Below are positions 9,428-19,846 of a stretch of DNA of 64,000 nt, in pieces. The position numbers and the translations under genes were made by a program. The notes beneath the pieces are model-generated. The model searched no databases and was not told the origin of the DNA. It saw only the letters and a list, made by a program, of their open reading frames with translations. Position 1 is the stretch's first letter; each line of letters starts with the position of its first letter. Origin of the DNA: Deltaproteobacteria bacterium (GTDB lineage: Bacteria; Desulfobacterota; Deferrimicrobia; J040); contig WVXK01000062.1 of assembly GCA_011773515.1 (NCBI GenBank), forward strand, positions 164,928 through 228,927. Direction: 5' to 3'.

Positions 9428-10058
9428 ACTCCTCTGCGATTTTTAAAATCTCATTTGCTTTGACGTCGCCTTCCCGCAGGATCCTCAGAACGTTGCCATC
9501 GACCCGCACAACTGTCGAACCGGCAGATGGAGGAAGGTCTTTTCCATCGATAAACAGGACCTCGTCTCCTTCGAAATCCCCCATCACCTGACCGGTGGTC
9601 AGGGGGACCGCCCCTCTCGATTTGTTCGCCGATGTCCCCGTTGTGACCCCGCCGCACATGCCGGCAAGTGAGAGGGAAACCGCTGAATCGGGAAGCCTGA
9701 CCCCCACCGTTCCGTCCTCTGATCCCACGATGAGGGCAACGTGTCGACGGGCGCGTGTCACGATGGTCAACTTCCCCGGCCAGAAGACTTCCGACAGCTT
9801 TTTCCCGAGAGGGGACAGAGGGGCACAGATATCTTCGATCCCGACTGCACTGTCGATAAACAGAGGGACGGGCCTTCCACTTTCCCTCCCCTTCAGTCTC
9901 ATAAGGTTTTCGACGGCACCGGCCACCCTGATGTCCACACCCATACCGTAGAGGGTATCTGTCGGGTAAATTACCACCCCCCCTTGACGCAGATACCCCT
10001 CCACATCGTCTCTGACCCTATTTGAACTGAGAAATTCCTCGATTTTTACCCGCTTCAT
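9414..10058 (-). CDS. tsaC: L-threonylcarbamoyladenylate synthase (YrdC/TsaC/Sua5 family)
   Basis: VIYPTDTLYGMGVD YrdC signature, single-domain length. Confidence 0.75.
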   Translation of the reverse strand: MKRVKIEEFLSSNRVRDDVEGYLRQGGVVIYPTDTLYGMGVDIRVAGAVENLMRLKGRESGRPVPLFIDSAVGIEDICAPLSPLGKKLSEVFWPGKLTIVTRARRHVALIVGSEDGTVGVRLPDSAVSLSLAGMCGGVTTGTSANKSRGAVPLTTGQVMGDFEGDEVLFIDGKDLPPSAGSTVVRVDGNVLRILREGDVKANEILKIAEEFDNG

Positions 10059-10917
10059 CTGCCACCCTGTCTGCCATCAGCATGACGCTTCCGTAATCCG
10101 CACGCGTGATCTTCTCAACAACCGGGCACTTGCAAACGAAAAGAAAAAAGCAGTTCTCGAGGCTGCCATAGAGGGTTTCAAAGTTTGCCTGTCCCTTGCT
10201 TATGACGAGATCTGACTTGTGGAGCATATCCAGAAACTCGGCTGACACATCCCCGAGGTCGGTACCAACAGCCTGACTCCCATTTGATACGACCCGAATG
10301 TTCTCATCCAGGCCCAACTCAAGAGCATCAGAATAGGTTATGTCGTCTATTACCGGTCCTCCCTTGACGCCGAACCAGACTTCTATGCCCCCATCCATGA
10401 GCCGTTCCGCGAGCACCAGGTCAAAGGGGGCCTCCCCCGTGTTGTCCAGGAGCATTCCCACCACCTTTGCACGAGCAAGGGCGCCCATAAAGTGATCAAT
10501 TTCATATACGCCCCGTGTGAGGGCATCCATGTCCCCGAAGAAGCGCTCGGCCTCACCTTCCGATATGATTCCGAAATCGTACATGTTCCCCGCACCGGCG
10601 AGCAGCACGGCGGCCTCGACACCCTCTCCCCTCTCATCTACCTTTGCCCGAACCTTGGAGTAGGTTTCCCTGAATCTTTTTTTCTGCTCTCTCTTGACAT
10701 CATCGAAGGGGTCGGCAACTCCGCTTGCCTCTCTGACAATCGCGTGCAGCCGCGACGCAACCCGCGCGGGAACATCATCGGCACTGATGGATCCTATATA
10801 GCGGGCGGCCCTGCTCAAGCTTCGCAACGCGGCCGCCTCGGTCAGACCTCCCTGCCTGCAGGCTGTCTCTACCTGCCTGAGAAAACAGGCATAGCAATCA
10901 GGATTTACTCTTATCAT
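10018..10917 (-). CDS. DUF89 (ARMT1-like) damage-control phosphatase family protein
   Basis: N-terminal CYAC motif and ISKGQANFE signature of PF01937. Confidence 0.65.
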   Translation of the reverse strand: MIRVNPDCYACFLRQVETACRQGGLTEAAALRSLSRAARYIGSISADDVPARVASRLHAIVREASGVADPFDDVKREQKKRFRETYSKVRAKVDERGEGVEAAVLLAGAGNMYDFGIISEGEAERFFGDMDALTRGVYEIDHFMGALARAKVVGMLLDNTGEAPFDLVLAERLMDGGIEVWFGVKGGPVIDDITYSDALELGLDENIRVVSNGSQAVGTDLGDVSAEFLDMLHKSDLVISKGQANFETLYGSLENCFFLFVCKCPVVEKITRADYGSVMLMADRVADEAGKNRGISQFK

Positions 10918-11401
10918 TCAATGCCCTCGAGGACTCGATCACATCCCCCTCCATCTTTTTCCTGAAGGATTTGAGAGATTCCCGGATCCCCTCGTACTTT
11001 ATTGACAGTATGGACAGGGCAAGGTAGGCCGCGTTCTTGGAACCTGTCTTCCCCACTGTCACAGTCGCGACAGGAATCCCTGCCGGCATCATCACCGTGG
11101 ATAAAAGAGCGTCGAGGCCTCCGAGGGGCGACGCATCGAGAGGAATACCGATAACCGGAAGGGTCGTGTGAGACGCAACGACACCGGCGAGGTGAGCCGC
11201 GAAACCGGCGGCTGCAATGATCACCTCACAGCCCTCCCTCTCCGCCTCACTGATCAGCTTCTCCGTCCTCTCCGGAGACCTGTGGGCCGATGTGACCTCC
11301 ACCCTCACATCGACGCCAAAATCTTTCAAAATCTCCACCGTACTGTTAACCGTGCTGAAATCGGAACCCGATCCCATGAGGACGATCACTTTCGGAGTCA
11401 T
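10898..11401 (-). CDS. purE: N5-carboxyaminoimidazole ribonucleotide mutase
   Basis: VIVLMGSGSD...AAGFAAHLAG...PVIGIP motifs classic for PurE. Confidence 0.9.
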   Translation of the reverse strand: MTPKVIVLMGSGSDFSTVNSTVEILKDFGVDVRVEVTSAHRSPERTEKLISEAEREGCEVIIAAAGFAAHLAGVVASHTTLPVIGIPLDASPLGGLDALLSTVMMPAGIPVATVTVGKTGSKNAAYLALSILSIKYEGIRESLKSFRKKMEGDVIESSRALNDKSKS

Positions 11402-11494
11402 CTGAGCCTCCCTTTGACACTCCCTTTGCCCTGTATCCTTTCAAAAGCCGCGACGACGAGCGCTTTCATCATCTGCATCCGGCTTTTTTCCTTT

Positions 11495-13060
11495 TTAGTG
11501 TCTGAAATGTCTGATGCCCGTAAAAACCATTGCCATATCGTGTTCGTCTGCAGCCCTGATCACTTCCTCATCCCGGATCGATCCGCCGGGTTGGATTATG
11601 GCAGTGGCACCCGCCTCGGCAACCACGTCCACGCCATCTCTGAATGGAAAGAAAGCATCGGAAGCCACGACGCATCCCCTGGTGGATATTTGTGCTTTCA
11701 TTATGGCAATTCTTGCCGAGTCCACCCTGGACATCTGGCCAGCGCCGACTCCCACGCTTCTGTCTTTCCTGGCCAGAACAATCGCATTCGACTTTACATG
11801 TTTGCAGAGCTTCCAGGCAAAGAAAAGGGCCGACAGCTCATCCTCGGTGGGCTTTCTCTTCGTAACGGCTTTTAAAAGATCCGAGTTGAGCGTGGGCTCA
11901 TCAGCCGTCTGCACCAGCAACCCTCCTGAGACATTCTTCAGCTCCATTTTTTCCCTTGCTTCCCGGAAAGACCTCATGTCCACACGCATGACCCTGAGGT
12001 TCTTTTTTTTCGAGAGGACCTTCAGCGCCGCCCTGTCATAATCAGGAGCAACAATCGCCTCGAAAAAGATCTTCGCCATTCCTCTCGCGCAATCCTCGTT
12101 TACCTTTCTGTTCAACGCAACGATGCCGCCGTAGGCGGAAACGGGGTCGCACTCATTTGCCTTCTTGAAAGCATCGGAAAGTCTCCGCCTCGATATTCCC
12201 GCACCGCAGGGGTTGGTATGTTTTATGATTACTGCAGCCGGCTCGTCGAACTCCAGGGCGAGGGAGAAAGCCGCATCGATGTCCACGATATTATTGAAGG
12301 AGAGCTCCTTCCCCTGGAGTTGCTGCGCAAACCCCACCCCTGCAACGGGAAACCTGCCATCCCTGTAGAAAGCCGCCGTCTGGTGAGGGTTTTCTCCATA
12401 CCGAAGATCCTGCACCTTGTCCCACTGCCAGGTGAATACATCGGGGAATCCCTTCCTGTCACCTCCGTCTGCCAGGGAGTGGAGATAGTTGGAAATCGAC
12501 GCGTCATACCACGCCGTGTGAGAAAAGGCCTTTTTCGCCAGCCAGAACAGGAATTGCTCATCGAGGTTGCCGTTTTTCTTTTTCAGGGTATCGAGCACCT
12601 TTCTGTAGTCCTGCGGATCCACCACCACGCAGACGCTACGGAAATTTTTCGCCGCTCCGCGCAGGAGGGTCGGGCCTCCTATGTCGATATTTTCTATCGC
12701 CTCCTCTCTGCTGCAGGATGGGTTTTTTACCGTCTCCTCGAAAGGATAGAGATTGACGATGACCATGTCAAAGGGCCTTATATCGTGTTCCCTGAGAACT
12801 TTCATGTGTTCCCTTTTTTCTCTCATCGCAAGTATGCCAGCATGGATTCTGGGATGCAGGGTCTTAACCCGTCCGTCGAGCATCTCAGGGAATTCCGTGT
12901 AATCTTCGATCGCCCTGACAACGATCTTGTTTTTTTTCAGGAGACTGGCCGTTCCTCCTGACGCATAGATCTCGATCCCGAGCCTGTGAAGGCCCTTGGC
13001 AAAATCCACGATGCCACTTTTGTCCGACACGCTGATAATGGCCCTCCTGATCCTCGCCAT
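11495..13060 (-). CDS. purH: Bifunctional AICAR formyltransferase / IMP cyclohydrolase
   Basis: 521 aa with RALISVSDK-type N-terminus (IISVSDKSG), the MGS-like domain, and a C-terminal AICARFT domain. Confidence 0.9.
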   Translation of the reverse strand: MARIRRAIISVSDKSGIVDFAKGLHRLGIEIYASGGTASLLKKNKIVVRAIEDYTEFPEMLDGRVKTLHPRIHAGILAMREKREHMKVLREHDIRPFDMVIVNLYPFEETVKNPSCSREEAIENIDIGGPTLLRGAAKNFRSVCVVVDPQDYRKVLDTLKKKNGNLDEQFLFWLAKKAFSHTAWYDASISNYLHSLADGGDRKGFPDVFTWQWDKVQDLRYGENPHQTAAFYRDGRFPVAGVGFAQQLQGKELSFNNIVDIDAAFSLALEFDEPAAVIIKHTNPCGAGISRRRLSDAFKKANECDPVSAYGGIVALNRKVNEDCARGMAKIFFEAIVAPDYDRAALKVLSKKKNLRVMRVDMRSFREAREKMELKNVSGGLLVQTADEPTLNSDLLKAVTKRKPTEDELSALFFAWKLCKHVKSNAIVLARKDRSVGVGAGQMSRVDSARIAIMKAQISTRGCVVASDAFFPFRDGVDVVAEAGATAIIQPGGSIRDEEVIRAADEHDMAMVFTGIRHFRH

Positions 13061-13084
13061 CTAACCCCACCTCTCTTTTCTGTT

Positions 13085-14596
13085 TTATGGGCTCACAGGC
13101 GGAGTCGCCCTGAGCAGAGTCTTTAAGTCCTCGTCTCTCAACTCGATCCCGAAGCCGAAGAAAAACGTCCTCAAATCGCTATTATCATTGATGAAATCAT
13201 CGTATCCCGCAGTGAGAAAGAAGTTTCTAAAAATACTATAATTTCCGTAGAATTTCAAATGAGGATCGTTGTTGTCCCTGGTCAGGTCGAAGAAGTCAAG
13301 GTTTAAAACCAGCCTGTCGGAGAGGCTGAAGTAGGAAAGCCCGACACCGCCCGTGGACTCCATCAACCCCCCCCTGAAGGAGAAATCGCCAAACTGTTTC
13401 GATATTAAGGCGTTGAACTTGAGGTCATCGTCGAACTCAACCTTCTCCGTTTCCACGGTCGTGCCGGGAGGGGTCTGGGTTACTACGGTCCTGGTCGTCT
13501 CCACATTCCCGACAGGATCATCCACTATCCCGAAGAGGTAGTATTTATCCACCGTTGGCCGGATCTTCAGCGATGCGTACTGCTTGAACTCGGAAGACTG
13601 CTCCTGATACTCGAGCCGGTAGTCCAGGTAGGTTTGGAGGGCCTCGTACTTTTTTATCTGCCTGTTTATCCCGTCCATGGCGGAGCTGAAATCTTCGTAC
13701 GCTTTTTCATCGGTAACCAGTTTCCCGATTGTTCCCTCTCCGCTCTCTATCCTCTCCAGCGTGGAGTCGAGCCTGGCTGAGGCCGACTTGATGTTTTCTA
13801 TCGCCTCTTTTATGTCTTCCCGGTTCTCAGAGACGAATCCCCCGACCTCGTTCATCGTGCTTTCAATTTTGCTCGCAATCTCGGGCGTCCTTTCTTTCAG
13901 CGTGTCGGAGAATTCCCTGAGATTTGCAATCAGGATCTTTATGTCCTGCTTGCTCTCGCCCGATACCTCGCCCAGGTCGGCAGACAGCCTGTCGAGGTTG
14001 TCGAGGATCCTCCCGATCTTTTTCTCATTGGCATCCATCAGATCCCGGAACACCCTCGTTGAGTCTCTCAGGTTCACAACGATCTCTTTCAGGGACTCCC
14101 TTCCCTCCTCCTCCCCGAGCGCCTCTGCAAGCGACTCGGTAACTTTCTTGATGTCGTCGGCCATTATGGTTATTTTTCTCACGAACTCGTCGAAGTTGGC
14201 CCCGGGAGTCGACTTTGACAATACGCTCTCGGGTTGTATAAATTTCTCCTTTTCCTCACCGGGGATGATTTCGATGTATTTCTCCCCCAGGAGACCCTCG
14301 GAGGCAAGGGATATGGTTGAGTCCGCGGGAATCTCCACGCCCTCCTTTATGCTCATTCTGACCTTTGCCTTGCCATTCTCAAGCCGTATGCTGACCACAT
14401 TGCCGATAGGAACTCCTGCCATCTTCACCACGGATTTTTCATCGAGCCCTGAGACCGTATCAAAGATCGCGTATATTATGTACCCCCTCTCCGTAACCTC
14501 AATTTTGCCGACTTTGAGCGTAAAGTAGGCGAGTATGAGAATTCCGACAAGGACGAACATTCCGACCTTCGCCTCCTTGGAAATAAATGCCATCAT
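13085..14596 (-). CDS. mlaD: MlaD-like MCE-domain protein with long coiled-coil and C-terminal beta-rich extension (503 aa)
   Basis: N-terminal TM plus MCE domain (VKMAGVPIGNVVSI), followed by ~200 aa of heptad-like charged repeats and a ~150-aa aromatic-alternating C-terminal domain. Upstream are mlaF and mlaE. Confidence 0.75.
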   Translation of the reverse strand: MMAFISKEAKVGMFVLVGILILAYFTLKVGKIEVTERGYIIYAIFDTVSGLDEKSVVKMAGVPIGNVVSIRLENGKAKVRMSIKEGVEIPADSTISLASEGLLGEKYIEIIPGEEKEKFIQPESVLSKSTPGANFDEFVRKITIMADDIKKVTESLAEALGEEEGRESLKEIVVNLRDSTRVFRDLMDANEKKIGRILDNLDRLSADLGEVSGESKQDIKILIANLREFSDTLKERTPEIASKIESTMNEVGGFVSENREDIKEAIENIKSASARLDSTLERIESGEGTIGKLVTDEKAYEDFSSAMDGINRQIKKYEALQTYLDYRLEYQEQSSEFKQYASLKIRPTVDKYYLFGIVDDPVGNVETTRTVVTQTPPGTTVETEKVEFDDDLKFNALISKQFGDFSFRGGLMESTGGVGLSYFSLSDRLVLNLDFFDLTRDNNDPHLKFYGNYSIFRNFFLTAGYDDFINDNSDLRTFFFGFGIELRDEDLKTLLRATPPVSP

Positions 14597-15411
14597 TTCC
14601 TCCGGTCTAAAGGTTCTGCGGGCTTCGTGTCAAACTTCACAAACTCTTCACTTTCCTCTGTTATCGGACCCTCGGCACGGCCTTCTATAAACTGCCTCAC
14701 AATGGGGTTCTCCGAACTTCTCACCTCATCGGGGGTACCCACTTCAACGATTTTTCCATTATAAAGCATAGCAATTTTATCACCTATCTTATACGCAGAG
14801 GTCATATCGTGGGTTATGCTTATCGAGGTAACATTCAGGATACTCTTCATGCTGATAACCAGTTCATTGATTACATCGGCCATGATCGGGTCAAGACCCG
14901 TTGTGGGCTCGTCGTAGAGGAGTATCTCCGGTTCTGACGCAATAGCCCTGGCAAGGCCGACCCTTTTCTTCATCCCCCCCGAAAGTTCCGAAGGCATGAG
15001 ATGCTGGATGTTTCTCAAGCCCACCAGGGAAAGCTTCTCTTCGACGATCTGATAAAGCTTGCCCGCCGGAACCAGTTTCAGCCTCTTCAGCTCAAACGCC
15101 ACGTTCTCTCCCACGGTCAGGGAATCGAAAAGGGCCGCTCCCTGAAACAGCATCCCGAATTTTTTCCTGACCTCGACCATTTCCTCTTCAGTTATCTTCG
15201 TCACATCGACGCCGTCGACTGAAATACTTCCCGCATCCGGCTTCAGAAGACCTATGACGCATTTGATCAGGACACTTTTTCCCGATCCGCTCCCGCCTAT
15301 TACCACCATGTTCTCACCCTTGAAAATATCGAGATTGACCCCCTGAAGAACCCTGTTGATTCCGAATGACTTGTGCAGATCTCTTATTTTGATTATGGGT
15401 TTCATCATCAA
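14593..15411 (-). CDS. mlaF: Phospholipid ABC transporter ATP-binding protein MlaF
   Basis: Walker A GGSGSGKS, ABC signature LSGGMKKRV, Walker B ILLYDEP. Overlaps neighbours by 4 nt. Confidence 0.85.
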   Translation of the reverse strand: MMMKPIIKIRDLHKSFGINRVLQGVNLDIFKGENMVVIGGSGSGKSVLIKCVIGLLKPDAGSISVDGVDVTKITEEEMVEVRKKFGMLFQGAALFDSLTVGENVAFELKRLKLVPAGKLYQIVEEKLSLVGLRNIQHLMPSELSGGMKKRVGLARAIASEPEILLYDEPTTGLDPIMADVINELVISMKSILNVTSISITHDMTSAYKIGDKIAMLYNGKIVEVGTPDEVRSSENPIVRQFIEGRAEGPITEESEEFVKFDTKPAEPLDRRK

Positions 15412-16187
15412 AACAGGAGGGCGGTGAGGAAATAGTCCGAGATGAGGACAGACATCGCCGAAAATACCACAGCCCTGGTTGTGGATTTTCCCACCCCTTC
15501 TGCTCCCCCCTCGGTTTTGAACCCCTGGGAACAGCTGATCAGCGCAATCAGAAACCCGAAAACAGCAGCTTTCAGCAATCCGATGTATATGTCATCCAAT
15601 TCCAGGTATTGATAGGTTTTATTGATATACACGACAGGGTTTCCCCCGAGAATTTTCACGCTCACGAAATATCCACCCACGATACCGATGAGATCCCCGA
15701 AAATAACGAGAATCGGCATGACAATCGTCGTGGCAAGGATACGGGGGACGACGAGATACTTCACCGGGTTTGCCGCGAGGGTATACATGGCGTCAATCTG
15801 CTCCGTGACCTTCATCGTACCGAGCTCCGCCGCGATCGAGGCACCCACCCTGCCCGACACCATGAGCCCCGCAAAAACCGGCCCCAGCTCCCTTGTCATG
15901 GAGAGTGCGACAACGGTACCAACGAGGCTTTCCGCCTTGAATCTGGCAAAAGCCGACCACGATTGGAGGGCAAGCACCATCCCGGTGAACGCAGCGGTTA
16001 TCAAGACCACGGGAAGGGATTTTAAGCCTACCTCCTCTATCTGTTTGAGTATGTTATCTATTTCGGAAGGGGGCCGGAAAGCCCAGTATGTCGCATCCAT
16101 GAACATACGGCCATGATAACCGAGGCTCTCTACCAACCTGTATGCAACCTTTCCGATGGAGTTGATAAGCTCTGAAGCCATATTCAT
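15408..16187 (-). CDS. mlaE: Phospholipid ABC transporter permease MlaE
   Basis: 259-aa polytopic permease of the MlaE/YrbE family, in operon order with mlaF and mlaD. Confidence 0.85.
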   Translation of the reverse strand: MNMASELINSIGKVAYRLVESLGYHGRMFMDATYWAFRPPSEIDNILKQIEEVGLKSLPVVLITAAFTGMVLALQSWSAFARFKAESLVGTVVALSMTRELGPVFAGLMVSGRVGASIAAELGTMKVTEQIDAMYTLAANPVKYLVVPRILATTIVMPILVIFGDLIGIVGGYFVSVKILGGNPVVYINKTYQYLELDDIYIGLLKAAVFGFLIALISCSQGFKTEGGAEGVGKSTTRAVVFSAMSVLISDYFLTALLF

Positions 16188-16244
16188 AGAACGCTCCGCA
16201 CTGTACCTGACACGATAGTAACACCTGCCCCATTCGTATGCGGG

Positions 16245-17357
16245 CTACTCAACGAACACCCGCGGAACACGCTTTCCTATTCCCGTCAGGATCTCGTAGG
16301 GTATCGTGGATGCCCTCTCGGCAACCTCTTCAACGGGTATTGCCACGCCCCACTTCTCTCCGAAAATCATCACTTCCGAGCCGACTTTCGACTCAGGAAT
16401 ATCCGTAACGTCGATCATGATGTTATCCATGCAAATGGCCCCGAGAATTTTTGCAGGCTTCCCCTCCACACACACCTCGAATCCAGGAGACAGGACCTTT
16501 CGCAACCCGTCGGCGTAACCCACGGGCAGAACGGCTATTCTCTCCCTCCTCTTGGTGACATATTTTCTTCCATAACTGATGGGAAATCCTGCAGGAAATT
16601 CCTTCACATAGTAAATTCTCGTAGTGAGGTTCATCACCGGAGCAAGGCCGATATCCTCGATCCCGGCCCTCGGAAGAGACCCGTACAGGGTAATTCCGGG
16701 CCTCACCATATCGTGCTGGTCCCCGGTAAACCGTATTATTCCCGCGCTGTTTAAAACATGAAAATCGACACCGTTGGCGGGAAAGGTTCCCGCCACCTCT
16801 CTGAAGGCGCGCAGCTGCCTGTTCGTGTGTTTCAGGTCCTCCTCCTCATCCCCATCGGCAGACGAGAGGTGGGACATAACTCCCTTCAGCTCAACGTATT
16901 TTGCCTCATCTATGGATCGTGAGGCCCTTTCGGCCTCATCCGGAAATATTCCGAGACGGCCCATCTCGGTATCCACCTTGAGGTGAATGCCCACTATCTT
17001 CCGAACCCTGTTCGATTCCGAGATAATATCTTCCAGGTGACCGATCGAGCCGATGACCACGTCGAGCCCCAGGGATATCGCCTCATACAGCTGATCGGGC
17101 ATCACCCCTCCGAGTACGACAACATTCTCCGCCACACCCCCATCCCGCAGCTGGACCCCTTCCTCGACGGTAGCAACGCCCAGGTGCGAAACACCGCATT
17201 CGACCAGTCTCGAAGCTACAGGGACTGCTCCATGCCCGTACGCATCGGCTTTTACGACAGCGAGAATCTTCGTCCTGGATTTCAGGTATCCCTTTAAGCT
17301 TTCAAGGTTGCTCTCTAGATGAGACAGGTTAATTTCCGCTATGGTAGGCCTACCCAA
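16245..17357 (-). CDS. alr: Alanine racemase
   Basis: AVVKADAYGHG PLP-lysine motif, 370 aa. Appears to start with TTG, preceded by a GAGGTG RBS. Confidence 0.9.
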   Translation of the reverse strand: MGRPTIAEINLSHLESNLESLKGYLKSRTKILAVVKADAYGHGAVPVASRLVECGVSHLGVATVEEGVQLRDGGVAENVVVLGGVMPDQLYEAISLGLDVVIGSIGHLEDIISESNRVRKIVGIHLKVDTEMGRLGIFPDEAERASRSIDEAKYVELKGVMSHLSSADGDEEEDLKHTNRQLRAFREVAGTFPANGVDFHVLNSAGIIRFTGDQHDMVRPGITLYGSLPRAGIEDIGLAPVMNLTTRIYYVKEFPAGFPISYGRKYVTKRRERIAVLPVGYADGLRKVLSPGFEVCVEGKPAKILGAICMDNIMIDVTDIPESKVGSEVMIFGEKWGVAIPVEEVAERASTIPYEILTGIGKRVPRVFVE

Positions 17358-17395
17358 ATGCCTCTACCACCTCTATTTTTCTGGATTTCAAAGAA

Positions 17396-17424
17396 ATTAT
17401 AACCAAATCCGTGAAGCCTTTCAA
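17396..17424 (-). promoter_or_regulatory. Sigma70-type promoter for alr (-35 TTGAAA, 17-nt spacer, -10 TATAAT)
   Basis: On the minus strand TTGAAA occupies 17424-17419 and TATAAT 17401-17396, with a 17-nt spacer, about 40 nt upstream of the alr start. Confidence 0.5.
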
Positions 17425-17799
17425 AACATACCACCCTCCCGGCCCTTGTGACACGGGATATTAGATTTACTATATACTATTAAAAGCTAATTTTTTAAAC
17501 CGGTAATTTCGCGTCGAATATCGCACCCAAACACTTTCCCGGAAGAAAGAAACGCGGCCGAATCACCCGGCCGATGAGGACTTATCGTTAGTCACATGAA
17601 CCGTTTGCGAGGAGACGGGGAGGTGCATACAGACAGGTAATGCGATAGAAATATGCGGCGTGACACCCGCGAAGGCCAGACCAGCAGGGAGCCACTGATT
17701 GCCCGGAGGGTCGAGAATGCAAAATGCCCAGGTCGCCGGAAAAAAACGATCAACCTTGGAACTTACATGCGGGAGAGATAAAGTCCTTCAAGGGAACGC

Positions 17800-19212
17800 T
17801 CACTCCTTGACTTTTTCCAGAATGTACCCATCCTTTGAATCAATCACACTGTATCCGAGCGATTTTATTTCGGCGCGCAAAAGGTCAGCCTCATCATACC
17901 GCCTGTTCTTTCTCGCCCGGGCTCTTCTTTCGGCTATTTCCCGCGCTTTCAGGAAATCCTCGTCACGCTCCGACTCTTTCTCTTCGCTTTTCTCAAAGAG
18001 GTCGAGCCCCAGAACGACATCCCATTTCCTGAGAAGATAAACCTTTTCAGCCTCGCCGAGATCTGACCTGAACATTTTCCAGACCGTGGCGAGGGCCTTT
18101 GGAATATTCAAGTCGCTTTCCAGGGCACCCTGGAATTCCCCCTCGAACTCCCGCGCACGCGCGCCCGGCCGATCACACATGCCATGTTCCTCGAAAAGAG
18201 AAAGGGCCTGACTCTTCAATCGCGAGCGGGCCTTCCTCGCTCCCTCCTGAGCCTCCATGGTGAAATTCATCACCGTCTTGTAATGAGCGTTGAGACAGAG
18301 GTACCGGAAATCCATCGGCGAAAATCCGCGCTCCTCGAGATCGTCGAGGGTGTACTCATTACCGGCAGATTTGGACATTTTCTTTCCGTTGACCAGGAGA
18401 TGGCCTCCGTGAACCCAGTACCGGGCAAAATTCCCCCCCACTGCGCACCGCGCCTGCGCAATCTCATTCTCGTGGTGCGGAAAAACAAGGTCAATGCCGC
18501 CGAGGTGAACATCGAACTCCTTTCCGAGATACTTGATGGCCATCGCCGCACACTCGATATGCCATCCCGGGAAGCCCTCTCCCCAGGGGCTTTCCCACTT
18601 CAGCTCCCTCCCGGGCTCAGCCTGCTTCCAGAGGGTGAAATCCTCGGGATTTTTTTTGTGATGGTCCGCCTCGCTCCTGTAACCTTCGCGCAGTTGTTCC
18701 GGGAGGTTTCTCGAAAGCTTGCCGTAATCGCTGAACCTGCCCACATCGAAATATATGGTCCCTTCCCTTTCGTAGGTGAAACCCTTCAAAACGAGTTTCG
18801 AAACCAGTTCGATCATCTCTTCGATGTGGTCACTAGCCCGCGGGTAGAGGTCGGCAGGAGCAATTCCCATCCTCCCCTCATCCCGCAGAAAGGCTGCCGT
18901 AAAATAACCCGCTATTTCCTCCGGCGTTTTTCGTGCTGCACGGGCTGCGGCGATCACCTTGTCCTCACCGCGCTCGAGCATCTCCTGGCGCATATGTCCC
19001 ACATCGGTTATGTTTTTCACATGGTAAACCGTGTAGGAAAGATAGCGGAGCACACGCACCAGGATATCCGACATGAGGTAGGTCCTCAAATTACCGATGT
19101 GAGCGTACCGGTACACGGTGGGGCCACAGGTATAGATCTTCACGATGGAGGGATCAAGAGGGGTAAAAGGGACTACATTTCGTTCGGTAGTGCTGTAAAT
19201 ATGAAGGGCCAT
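17800..19212 (-). CDS. cysS: Cysteine--tRNA ligase
   Basis: HIGN and KMSKS class-I motifs, a CGPTVY zinc-binding region, 470 aa. Confidence 0.92.
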   Translation of the reverse strand: MALHIYSTTERNVVPFTPLDPSIVKIYTCGPTVYRYAHIGNLRTYLMSDILVRVLRYLSYTVYHVKNITDVGHMRQEMLERGEDKVIAAARAARKTPEEIAGYFTAAFLRDEGRMGIAPADLYPRASDHIEEMIELVSKLVLKGFTYEREGTIYFDVGRFSDYGKLSRNLPEQLREGYRSEADHHKKNPEDFTLWKQAEPGRELKWESPWGEGFPGWHIECAAMAIKYLGKEFDVHLGGIDLVFPHHENEIAQARCAVGGNFARYWVHGGHLLVNGKKMSKSAGNEYTLDDLEERGFSPMDFRYLCLNAHYKTVMNFTMEAQEGARKARSRLKSQALSLFEEHGMCDRPGARAREFEGEFQGALESDLNIPKALATVWKMFRSDLGEAEKVYLLRKWDVVLGLDLFEKSEEKESERDEDFLKAREIAERRARARKNRRYDEADLLRAEIKSLGYSVIDSKDGYILEKVKE

Positions 19213-19242
19213 GGGTTTTACCCGACAAGCCCCCTATGCGGT

Positions 19243-19437
19243 TCAATACTCCCAGAGGGCACTGTCTATTTCATCCTGTATCATCTGGATGTGTTTTTTT
19301 TCTTCCTCGGCCAGGAAGCGGAAAAGCTCCTTTACGCTCTCGTCTTCAAACCTTTCGGCTGCTTCCCGGTACTTTTTGTATGCCCATTTCTCCCTCTCGA
19401 GTGCATCAAAGAGAACTGCTGATGGGTCGTAATCCAT
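19243..19437 (-). CDS. Small half-ferritin-like (rubrerythrin-family ExxH) protein
   Basis: 64 aa with a single E...EEEKKH diiron half-site. Paralogous to ORF 21086-21304. Confidence 0.5.
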   Translation of the reverse strand: MDYDPSAVLFDALEREKWAYKKYREAAERFEDESVKELFRFLAEEEKKHIQMIQDEIDSALWEY

Positions 19438-19461
19438 GATAACCTCCCCGTTTGATATCCG

Positions 19462-19842
19462 TCAGACCGCTTTTTTCCGGTAGTCTTCGATCGCAGCCTT
19501 CACCGCTTCTTCCGCCATGACAGAACAGTGAATCTTTGCAGGGGGGAGCCCGTCGAGCGCCTCTGCAACATTCTCGTTCGTGATGGTGAGCACTTCGTCG
19601 ACGGTTTTCCCCTTGATTATCTCGGTGAGCATGCTGCTCGACGCAATGGCAGCACCACACCCGAAAGTCATGAACTTGGCATCGGTAACGACATTGTCCT
19701 CAACCTTGATAAAGAGTCGCATCATGTCGCCACATGCCGGATTGCCAACCTCGCCAACACCGCTTGCATCATCGATTTCACCGACGTTTCTCGGGTTCAT
19801 GAAGTGATCCATCACCTTCTCGCTGTAGGGTCCAATAGACAT
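19462..19842 (-). CDS. nifU: Fe-S cluster assembly scaffold NifU/IscU-like
   Basis: NPACGDMM...FGCGAAIASSS...KIHCSV, the three conserved Cys of U-type scaffolds. Confidence 0.88.
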   Translation of the reverse strand: MSIGPYSEKVMDHFMNPRNVGEIDDASGVGEVGNPACGDMMRLFIKVEDNVVTDAKFMTFGCGAAIASSSMLTEIIKGKTVDEVLTITNENVAEALDGLPPAKIHCSVMAEEAVKAAIEDYRKKAV

Positions 19843-19846
19843 ACCG

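Noticed and set aside
13677-14528. 283-aa plus-strand Ser-rich ORF
   Set aside because: It is antisense to mlaD, and its low-complexity S-rich translation is typical of a GC-skewed antisense frame.
18184-19422. 412-aa plus-strand ORF
   Set aside because: It is antisense to cysS, which has unmistakable HIGN/KMSKS motifs.
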